A stretch of 45,719 nt of DNA, taken from Octopus bimaculoides. Its lineage: Eukaryota. The position numbers and the translations under genes are program-made. The DNA lies in NCBI RefSeq assembly GCF_001194135.2, contig NC_068990.1:29095453-29141171 (forward strand), in the 5' to 3' direction. Below the pieces are notes generated by a model, which was not told the DNA's origin, searched no databases, and was given only the letters and a program-made list of their open reading frames with translations. Of the stretch, positions 36,370-45,719 are shown in pieces (within the stretch, counting starts at the first letter, position 1; each line of letters starts with the position of its first letter).

Positions 36370-36740
36370 GAATGGATTTACTTTAAAGTTGAAAGTGTTC
36401 AGGCCATAAGAAGGAGAAAGATAATGAGATGGAAGAAAGTTCCAAAGTCTGGAAGTTCGAGGAAAAAAAGCTACGGCCACAGAAAGACTTCCATTTGGAT
36501 GAGGACGACGTGAATTTCAAGTCAGGCGACGGGTACAGAAGAGAGAAAGTTCATCAGAGCATTTCATGGAATAGTAACGATAGAAAAGACTAAGGGTGAT
36601 GACGTCAGGTTGATGCAACAAGGGTTGCAAAGTTGAAGCAAAAGAGGGCCTAATCACATTAGAAACTTGCTTCTGAACCCAGTCGAAGAGATCCAAGTAA
36701 CAAGAGGGTACACCTGCTCAAAATACATTACAACCATCTC
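36370..36740 (-). mobile_element. CR1/Jockey-group LINE 3' fragment
   Basis: Reverse strand: WVQKQVSNVIRPSFASTLQPLLHQPDVITLSLFYRYYSMKCSDEL ... SFFPRTSRLWNFLPSHYLSPSYGLNTFNFKVN. Confidence 0.82.
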
Positions 36741-37189
36741 ACGCTTTACATAAACATTGAGTTCTGACGATTTCGTGCCACTTGCTATTCGCTAGTATGC
36801 CACATAGTTTCCATTGTCATTACGAAGTCACTGAACATGAAAAATGAATAGGAAAAGCGTTTCACATTACGGATTTTACGTTAACAAGACCCTCAAGAAG
36901 AACCCAACGTTTCCGTATCGCGAAGGAAACTTTTTCGTTTTACCAAGTAATTTTAGTCTTTTATTCATTCTGTCACCTAATATTTGACTTCATGATTTGG
37001 GGCTGCCTTTTTTGCAGTATCCGCATTGTTGCAAGTATTTTGGACCACGTCTTAAGGATGAGGATATCCTACTCTTTCCCTAACACTAGTCTTGGAGACC
37101 CCGAAAGAGCCATGCGCAATACGTTCGCTCTTTAACAATTTTTTTTTTCTGCTTATATATATATTTGTTCCTGATTTAATCAATGAGCC

Positions 37190-37310
37190 AACATCTTTGA
37201 AGGTGTGGTGGGGGGAGAAGTGGACAATATCGACTCCAGTACTTGAATAGTACTTTATATTTTATCGGCCCTAAAACGATGAAAGGCATAGTTGACCTTG
37301 GACAGTGGGT
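37190..37310 (-). mobile_element. SINE family A, decayed 3' half
   Basis: ATCGACTCCAGTACT...AGTACTTTATATTTTATCGGCCCTAAAACGATGAAAGGCATAGTTGACCTTGG. Confidence 0.65.
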
Positions 37311-37619
37311 GGATCCAGGGTGTTGCCCAAACGTTTTTAAAAAATAATATATAAGGGGAGAATCGTAATTCGTAGCAAATGGATCCATTTTTATGTGTTC
37401 CTTGTTGTAGTAGACCCTATGCATATGAAACAGCAATGCTGTGAAACTGCTGGAAATAAATCTTGGTATTGACTCGGATAGAAAGGATGTTTCCTGGGAA
37501 AGTAGGGCAACACCGCTGCATCCGACAGGGAATTAGAAATTACAACGTAAAGAGTTAGAAGGAAATACTGTGCGGCATTTTACCAACGCTTAAGCGATTC
37601 CACCACCGCCAATGATAAC

Positions 37620-37790
37620 AATGCTTTCTACTCTGAGCACAAGGGCTGGGATTCTAGGGCATGGGGCCGGTCGATTACATCGACCCCAGTGCTCAACTGG
37701 TACTTATTTTATCGATCCCAAGAGAACGAAAGGCGAAGTCGATCTCGACAGAATTTGAAATCAGAACATAAAGACGCTCAAAATGCCTTC
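37620..37790 (-). mobile_element. SINE family A
   Basis: GTCGATTACATCGACCCCAGTGCTCAACTGGTACTTATTTTATCGATCCC...GAAAGGCGAAGTCGATCTCGACAGAATTTGAA. Confidence 0.85.
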
Positions 37791-38578
37791 AAGGGGAAGT
37801 CTTTCAAATTCTGACACACAAGTGCACAGTTTTAAGGGNNNNNNNNNNNNNNNNNNNNNNNNNNNNNNNNNNNNNNNNNNNNNNNNNNNNNNNNNNNNNN
37901 NNNNNNNNNNNNNNNNNNNNNNNNNNNNNNNNNNNNNNNNNNNNNNNNNNNNNNNNNNNNNNNNNNNNNNNNNNNNNNNNNNNNNNNNNNNNNNNNNNNN
38001 NNNNNNNNNNNNNNNNNNNNNNNNNNNNNNNNNNNNNNNNNNNNNNNNNNNNNNNNNNNNNNNNNNNNNNNNNNNNNNNNNNNNNNNNNNNNNNNNNNNN
38101 NNNNNNNNNNNNNNNNNNNNNNNNNNNNNNNNNNNNNNNNNNNNNNNNNNNNNNNNNNNNNNNNNNNNNNNNNNNNNNNNNNNNNNNNNNNNNNNNNNNN
38201 NNNNNNNNNNNNNNNNNNNNNNNNNNNAGGAGGAGGTGGTGGTGGAGAGGGGGGTGGAGGAGGAGGAGGTAGTGGTGGAGGAGGAGGAGGTGGTGGCGGA
38301 GGAGGAGATGAAGTTGACTAATGCTTTATTTTATCAGCCCAGAATGATGAAAGGCAAAAGTGACTGCAGCAAGATTTGAACGCAAAACGTACAGAACCGG
38401 AACAAAAGCTGCTACAAGCTATTTTTTTGTTTCCGATGCTCGATCGAACCTGACTGCCAATCGTTTTCTACTTAATTCTAATAACGACAACTTTCTGATA
38501 GATTTGTCTGATCGAACAACTAAACAAATTGATGGTTTATCTCTTTCTAAAAATATAAATTGTATTTAATTATATCGA

Positions 38579-38653
38579 TTTGTATTGAATTGCATTGATT
38601 CGTTATTGATTTGTATTGAATTGCATTGATTCGTTATTGATTTGTATTGAATT
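38579..38653. repeat. 31-bp tandem repeat (TTTGTATTGAATTGCATTGATTCGTTATTGA), ~2.4 copies
   Basis: Directly visible. Confidence 0.9.
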
Positions 38654-38720
38654 CTATTGAATTATAAATAAACTGTAACAATACAGAGTCAATGTTTACA
38701 GAGAATGGCATTACGGTAGA

Positions 38721-39470
38721 TCATCGTATTGGAAGCAATTGCTTCAGACTCCTGCAGACTCTTCTCTCATTGACTCTCATATTAAGTGAAACTACTTCGG
38801 TTTGGTTATCGTTGTTGACGATGCTTGTGATGGAGTTACTGATACTAACGGGGACGTTGTTGGCGATAAGGATTTTATTGCCGGTTGATGGTGGTGCTGA
38901 TAGTGCTGGTGCTGCTGCTGTTGATGGTGGTGGTGGTTGTGGTGGTGGTGATGGTGGTGGTGCTGGTCGTAGTCGTGGTGGCGCTGCTTCTGTTGGTTGT
39001 GGTGGTAGTGCTGTTAGTGCTGGCAGTGATGGTGCTGCTGCTGATGATGATACTGTTGACGCTGCTGCTGCTGCTGCTGCTGCTGTTGATGGTGGTGCTA
39101 GTAGTGCTGGTTGTGGTCGTGGTCGTGGTGGCGCTGCTGCTGCTGGTAGTGCTGGTGGTGGTGGTGGTCGTCGTCGTCGTCGTCGTGGATATACTGGTAA
39201 ACGAGGTGTCTGCGTTGGTGGGTAGGAGGGTGTAGCTGTAATGTTGTGGTAGTTGTGGTGGAGGTGGTGGTGCCAGTGACGGTTGCGACGGTAGCGGTGG
39301 GTGAAGAGGTTGGGCTCGGTGGCGGTAGTGGTATTAATGGTGGTAGAAGTGGTGGTGGTGATGGAGGTAGTAGTGGTGGCAGTAGAGTTTGTCGTGGCCG
39401 GGGTGGTGACGGCGCAATTGTTGCTTCCTTTTGTGCCCCATTTTGTCGTTACGAAGGAACTATTATGCAC
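38721..39470 (-). other. 249-codon low-complexity ORF (Thr/His/Pro/Ala-rich) in GC-rich cryptic trinucleotide sequence; coding status unknown
   Basis: Open frame from ORF track; no recognisable domain; antisense frames are also open. Confidence 0.2.
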
Positions 39471-39671
39471 AGTTTATTAACCATTCTATCCGACATCACT
39501 GCATACGAAACAACCATTTTTATCAAATCTACCGCTGACCACCACCACAACACATACGTTTTCACTTTTTGTAAAGTAAACATAAGACGTTGAAAACCAG
39601 GCAAGTGGCAAATAAGAAGAGACTGTGGTGGTGTGGGGGGGGAGAGAAGCAGAGGGAAGAGAGGAGGAGGG

Positions 39672-39727
39672 GAGAAGAAGAAGAAGAAGAAGAAGAAGAA
39701 GAAGAAGAAAAAGAAGAAGAAGAAGAA

Positions 39728-39774
<47 letters not shown>

Positions 39775-39809
39775 AGAAGAANNNNNNNNNNAAAGAAGAA
39801 GAAGAAGAA

Positions 39810-39856
<47 letters not shown>

Positions 39857-39897
39857 AGAAGAAGAAGAAGAAGAAGAAGAAGAAGAAGAAGAAGAAG
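39672..39897. repeat. (GAA)n microsatellite with a small gap
   Basis: Directly visible. Confidence 0.95.
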
Positions 39898-40064
39898 GGA
39901 ACGGAGGAGGAGGAGGAGGGGGAGATGAAGTTGAAGGAGTCATTACTAAATATAAACAGCGTTAAGACGCGCGCACGAGTGCAGACACCGACGGCAGCAC
40001 CACCACAACCACCACCACCACCACCACCACCACCAATAACAGCACCGTTTCAAACATGGCTGGC

Positions 40065-40352
40065 ATCGATGCCACCGATCAGCTTGCTCGTGAAATTAAC
40101 GAGCAAGTGGTTGAGTATTCTACAGACTCGCGAATCCCTTGATGTAGTTCTCAAGGCGACTCAGCATGACACAGAATGTGACGAGGCAGGCACCCTTTGA
40201 ATTACAGGTATAAACTCATTTTCGCCAGCTGAGTCGACTGGAGCAATGTGAAATAAAATGTGTTGCCTCCAGGGCATAATGCCCCGCCCTGGGATTGAAC
40301 TCACGACCTTACGATCATACGCCTCAAATTGTAACCACTAAGCCACGTGCAT
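40065..40352 (-). mobile_element. SINE family C, long-tail variant
   Basis: Colinear with 35750-36070; head on reverse strand GCACGTGGCTTAGTGGTTACAAT...GTGAGTTCAATCCC. Confidence 0.85.
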
Positions 40353-40882
40353 TTATCATTATTACAAGCACTTGCATAACCCCCATCGCTGTTCTATATC
40401 CTGCAACGCCGCCACGACCACCAACGCCATCATGGCTGCCAAATAAACAGGTGCCGTCACTTACTTCGCTCCCACAATCACTACGACCGTCACACACATT
40501 GATTTCCTCATCGCTAATATCTCCGCCGCCGCCACCTCTATCAACACCGTGTCTACATCACCACCTTCTGACTATCGCTTTCACTTAATCGTCGCTCATA
40601 CCACTACCACAGCCGACGCCATCATCCAATTAAAGTCTATCACCATCATTTCTGCCAGATCTGCCGTTTCTGGCCAAACCATTCCTGCAACAGGGAGGTT
40701 TCAGTTGCAATAAGCAGAGAATGGATTCTGCTTGGATTTTCTGCATTTAAATGTACCCGGATTCTCTCTCTCACACACACGCAATCCTCTTTCGCGATCC
40801 TTTCCTCACACTATCTCACTCTCCTCTCGTTAATCTCTATCTCTCTCTCTCTTCACACATACACATACATACTCGCATGTAT

Positions 40883-40913
<31 letters not shown>

Positions 40914-41194
40914 NNNNNNNNNNNNNNNNNNNNNNNNNNNNNNNNNNNNNNNNNNNNNNNNNNNNNNNNNNNNNNNNNNNNNNNNNNNNNNNNNNNNNNN
41001 NNNNNNNNNNNNNNNNNNNNNNNNNNNNNNNNNNNNNNNNNNNNNNNNNNNNNNNNNNNNNNNNNNNNNNNNNNNNNNNNNNNNNNNNNNNNNNNNNNNN
41101 NNNNNNNNNNNNNNNNNNNNNNNNNNNNNNNNNNNNNNNNNNNNNNNNNNNNNNNNNNNNNNNNNNNNNNNNNNNNNNNNNNNNNNNNNNNNNN

Positions 41195-41226
<32 letters not shown>

Positions 41227-41549
41227 GGCGCAAAAAGATTTCCATATACATGTTTGCATCAACCTATATACATAGTTTGCATGTGTGTGTGTGTGTGTGT
41301 GTGTGTGAATTTATATAGCTGCTGTCTTTGTAGCTATCACACTACTAAAAGAACCTTCTCTCTTTCCCTCCCCGCATGAAAATTGTGCATTATTTTTATT
41401 GAGACTGATGTGAGCATATCTGCCTCCCATGGACTCAGTTTTTTGATGGGATTTCCAATATATGGCACATATTGTCATTGAGATTCTGAAGAATTAAACC
41501 ATTTCTTTTGAACGTCTTAAAAACTCTAGAAATAAAATATTATCTTGAC

Positions 41550-41574
41550 GATAATAATAATAATAATAATAATA

Positions 41575-41635
<61 letters not shown>
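41550..41635. repeat. (AAT)n-(GAT)n compound microsatellite
   Basis: Directly visible. Confidence 0.95.
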
Positions 41636-41636
<1 letters not shown>

Positions 41637-42550
41637 AAGAGAGCAAGCGAAAAAATGAAGTAAGGTAATAAAAATATCGAAATAAGCGAGAAATGGTGCC
41701 AGGAGACATCTACCTGAAATAGTTTATTCTTTGATTGAAGAAATCATGGTTTTCAATCGAAGAAAATATCGAAGACTGAAAACAAAATAAGAGGAGAAAA
41801 AAAACGGACGCTGGAAAAGAAAAACAGTTTAAAACAAGAAATATAATGTCGGAGAAAATAGAAAAAGACAAAAATCATTTCAGGTAAAATATATTAAAAT
41901 TTTATCAAAAGTTTGGTTCCATACACGCGCACACATATATACATATACAGACTCACAGACACACATATACATCCGTACATACGTACATATATACATGTAT
42001 GTGTGTGTGTGTGTGTGTTGATGTGTATATCCGATATGGCTATGGTAGTACAAACAGGATGACTACGACTCGAAATATGAGTGTGTGTATTTTTTATGGT
42101 TGTATTTCGGGACGGTCATTTTTATTTATCTTCTTTTTTTTTTGCCAAATAAACACACGCACTATATATTCGTTCTTTACTCGTTTATTACTGTGCTTAC
42201 TCTAACTTGTGTCCACTGTCTGGAAATCTTTCGTCACACACGTGTGACCTCCACAGCGATACGTTCCGTCTTCGTGCGTGCGTTCTTGCTCTATTTATTC
42301 CACTTTATAAACAAAATTTACCTACTGACTCAAGTTGTATTTTTCGTTCACACACACACACACACACATGCACACATACACACGTACATACACATACAAA
42401 CACACAAACCCACATTCAGACACACACGCACATTTACACACATATATAAAATTAATCTGTAAATGAAAGGAATAGAAGTCCTGTACTACAGCTGTTTCAA
42501 AAGGGAAACTGGGAGCACGTTATGTAATATTAGTTCTGTTTCGTTACTAT

Positions 42551-43001
42551 AGGCGCTGGAGTGGCTGTGCGGTAAGTAGCTTGCTTACCAGCCACATTGT
42601 CTCGGGTTCATTCCCACTGCGTGGAACCTTGGGCAAGTGTCTTCTACTATAGCCTCGGGCCGACCAAAGCCTTGTGAGTGGATTTAGTAGACGGAAACTG
42701 AAAGAAGCCTGTCGTATATATGTATATATATATTTATATATATACATGTGTGTGTGTGTGCGTGTGTGTGTGTGTATTTGTGTGTATATGTTTGTGTGTC
42801 TGTGTTTGTCCCCCAACATCGCTTGACAACCGATGGTGGCGTGTTTACGTCCCCGTAACTTAGTGGTTCGGCAAAAAAAAACGATAGAATAAGTACTAGG
42901 CTTACAAATAATAAGTCCCGGGGTCGATTTGCTCGACTAAAAGGCGGTGCTCCAGCATGGCCGCAGTCAAATGACTGAAACAAGTAAAAGAGTAAAAGAG
43001 T
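42551..43001 (+). mobile_element. SINE family B, full length: tRNA-like head, CORE-like domain, (TA)n(TG)n linker, short tail ending (GAGTAAAA)2
   Basis: A box GTGGCTGTGCGG, B box GGGTTCATTCCC, CCTTGGGCAAGTGTCTT (CORE-like), linker ~42715-42805, tail to AAGTAAAAGAGTAAAAGAGTA. Confidence 0.92.
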
Positions 43002-43689
43002 ATCCAATGTCCTTTCTCATCGGGCGGACGAGACCATTCTGTTGGATATTTGTTGCAATGAATGATACCCCAAAAATGGTTAGATATACATTTTGAGAAT
43101 CCAAAAGGCGAATGGAAAGTGGAACTTATTAAAAGCCAATTGCGTACTCTACTCACAGATTGCCTGAACGAGATAGAGAAGGATGTGGTTTCAACATCAT
43201 TTTGTTATCTGCATATTCAAGTTTATAGTGTGGCCACAGAAGATTCTAATTTAATCAATGTTTTTAGTTTATTGTTGAATTATTCGTCAGGCGTCAGTTT
43301 GAGGAGGCCAGAGCACATAAGTGGGATGGCTATTACTAATTAATGTAATATAGGGTATAAGGGGGAAGCAGGGAAGAGAAAAGGAAGGGACAAAATAAAA
43401 ATGAAGGACTAAATAATAGGGTGATGCTTGTAAGTTATGTTTGTGCACATAAACGTATGTATCCACGTACACACATGAAAAAAGAAACTAAAAAGAGTCA
43501 AGCAGACACGATATAACCATGTATACATAAAACCATATATATACGTATATATATATGTTAGCTTGTTCACGCACGCACACACAAACACACACACTCACGC
43601 ACGAACAAACAAACAACGTATACATATATATTATCTATTGCACAACTTTCTGAAACGTACGTATTAATGGATTTAGAATATTAATTTCG

Positions 43690-43897
43690 AATTTCGGCAC
43701 AAGGCCAGCAATTTGGGGGTGGGGGAAGAAAGTCTATTGAATCGCTCACAGTGTTCAATTTGTATTTATGTTTCGATTTCGGAAAGATGAAAGGCAAAAT
43801 CGACCTCGGCAGAATTTGAACTCAGAACGTAAAGACGGACGAAATGCCGCTATACATTTTAACCGGTCTGCTTTAGAATTCTGCCACCTCGCCGCCA
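43690..43897 (-). mobile_element. SINE family A, full length
   Basis: Reverse complement colinear with 36117-36332. Confidence 0.88.
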
Positions 43898-44346
43898 TAA
43901 ATACTTTCAGAATATTATTACTATGATACTTGGTTTAACGTTTTTTGTGTGTGAGTGTGTGGGGGGGGGGGGGCGTGTCTTTAATTATCTGTTGTTATGA
44001 ACGGCGAAAACATGAACACAAATATAAGGTATAGAAAATTTCCTGGTGCACAGTTCTCTTAGTTCAAACGTCTCTTTTTATTACGGCAAAACAGTTGCTT
44101 CGCCTCGTACACAAGCACTTCCGTAGCTCGCCCAAAACCACACCCTGTTATAAAAGACGAACACTATAACGTTCGTCATTTGCTGTACTGGAATATCTCG
44201 CTGTGTATCAATATCAAAGCTCAATACAAATGTAAACACAAACAATGTTTTGCATTTTAAATTGAAATTGTTAGAATCTTAGACATGGGTTGTCTTTGGT
44301 GTTGATGGATTGTTTCCGGAATATGTTTGGCAATACTTTCAGAATA

Positions 44347-44563
44347 AGGTGGTGAGCTAGCAGAATCGTTTGAGCGCTGGACGAAATGCTTAGCGATATT
44401 TCACACGTCACTACGTTCTGAGTTCAAATTCTGCCGATGTCGACCTTGCCTTTCATCCTTTCGGAGTCAATAAATTAAGTACCGGTGAAACAATGGTGTC
44501 GATATAATCGACTGGTCTTCACCCCACAAATTTCAGGCCACAACGTTTAGTAGAAAGAACTAT
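44347..44563 (+). mobile_element. SINE family A, full length, with 10-bp target-site duplication
   Basis: TTTCAGAATA at 44337-44346 and 44564-44573. Confidence 0.92.
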
Positions 44564-44721
44564 TTTCAGAATAGAAGGGTGCAACGGAATGTTTAGATGT
44601 GTATTGAGAAGTTTTTCTGTTAGGATGTAACACAGAATATTTCGGAGTAAATACAAAACTGAATTTCTTTAGAAACGTTCTCAGTTTCATTGAATTAAGT
44701 AAAGTATATAATTAATATGCG

Positions 44722-45000
44722 AGGAGGCCCGCGGCCTAGTGGTTAGGCGCGACACACCCTCGGACGTGAGACTGTCGTTTCAATTCACAGGCTGGGTGGC
44801 CGTTGTGCTCTTGAGCAAAACACTTCGTTTCACATCGCTCCAGTCCATTCAACTGTAAATGGATAACCCAGCCTTCTGATCAGGGGGGAATTTGGCCTGC
44901 GCTGTCCTGCCAGCGGGGCGGCATCTTTTGAAGGCTAAAACGATGCAAAGTGCAATATGACCAGAACGAATGGGAATATCCGATAATCTGGTCCATCACG
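44722..45000 (+). mobile_element. SINE family C
   Basis: GGCCTAGTGGTTAGG head; CGTTGTGCTCTTGAGCAAAACACTTCGTTTCACATCGCTCCAG...CTGTAAATGGAT, shared with 12628-12880. Confidence 0.8.
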
Positions 45001-45719
45001 TGAGCCAACAGTGGCTACACGGCGTCATTGAGATACCTGTTTGAAATAGCATCCAGACCATCCACGTGTAACACGTTGCCATTTTAATGCAGGAAGGTCT
45101 TAGAAATTAAAAGCAAATTTCGTAATCATTCGCGCATATTTTGAAAACTTGTGCAATTTAATAAAGAAGGGAAATCATTCAACTACATTGATGCATTTGG
45201 CAGAGTCACTAAACATAAAATTGATGATGTAGCAAAGTTAATGATGTGAGGAAGAGATTCCGTGAACAGTTTAATGAGAAGCATATCTGTTGTGATCGCC
45301 TGACCAACAAGAAGAGGAAGTAGAAGTAGAAGAAAATGGCGATGATGTTTAATAAACTCTGCAGAGGAAGTATGTCGTTATTCAGTTTTACAAACCTCGC
45401 CTCAATCATTATACCTTCTGACATAACTTATATAAATGACATGTTTCTGTGATTAGTTACTGTAATTAAACTCATGATAATTAAAACGATAATTGAAAGA
45501 TGATAATTCTGGAGAGGAAATTTATTGTTATTGCGACAATGATAATTATTATTGTTATTAAGAGAATAATCAAAAATACTTATCAGAATCGTTTATACCA
45601 ATACAGATAATATTACCATTTTCCGAACTATTATGGTCAACTTTAGAATGTATCTTTTCAATATACATACACATACATACATATGCATATGATTGTGTGT
45701 ATGTTTATGTATATATATG

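Noticed and set aside
38579-38653. 31-bp direct repeat, and the 19-bp and 11-bp repeats elsewhere, as CRISPR-like arrays
   Set aside because: Contiguous tandem copies with no spacers, in eukaryotic DNA.
40380-40660. GC-rich ACC/GCC text resembling a Thr/Pro-rich exon
   Set aside because: The most natural frame is interrupted by stops; best explained as decayed trinucleotide repeat.
45209-45424. Minus-strand ORF with a hydrophobic stretch and NLFLTSL, reminiscent of GPCR TM1-TM2
   Set aside because: Hydrophobic run comes from a short (CTT/CTA)-type repeat; spacing does not fit and no further helices follow.

Overview
AT-rich, microsatellite-saturated animal genomic DNA from a gapped short-read assembly, with 11 N-runs mostly flanked by (TA)n or (TG)n. 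The SINE families look like those of octopus/coleoid cephalopods; this is recognition from memory, not a database result. I cannot identify a host protein-coding gene with confidence, so the window reads as intergenic or intronic. Nearly all ORF-track entries are artefacts of microsatellites or gaps. Supported content: (i) about 20 tRNA-headed SINE copies or fragments in three or four modular families, several with target-site duplications; (ii) decayed LINE fragments: three R4/Dong-like (RLE) pieces, RTE-clade 3' ends, one CR1/Jockey-group 3' end and Penelope-like remnants; (iii) Tc1/mariner remnants, a TTAA-flanked piggyBac-like MITE and a TA-flanked MITE. The items most worth follow-up are: a MITE carrying a complete Pol III-type tRNA-like cassette inside interleaved inverted repeats (9.4-9.8 kb); a three-C2H2-finger tail ending like an RTE LINE, missed by the ORF track (19.9-20.3 kb); a minimal hammerhead-ribozyme-like fold (28.27-28.30 kb); and a CpG-rich patch with overlapping CTCF-like and YY1-like motifs followed by a splice donor (2.7 kb). 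None of these is shown to be a new biological system; they are testable candidates.
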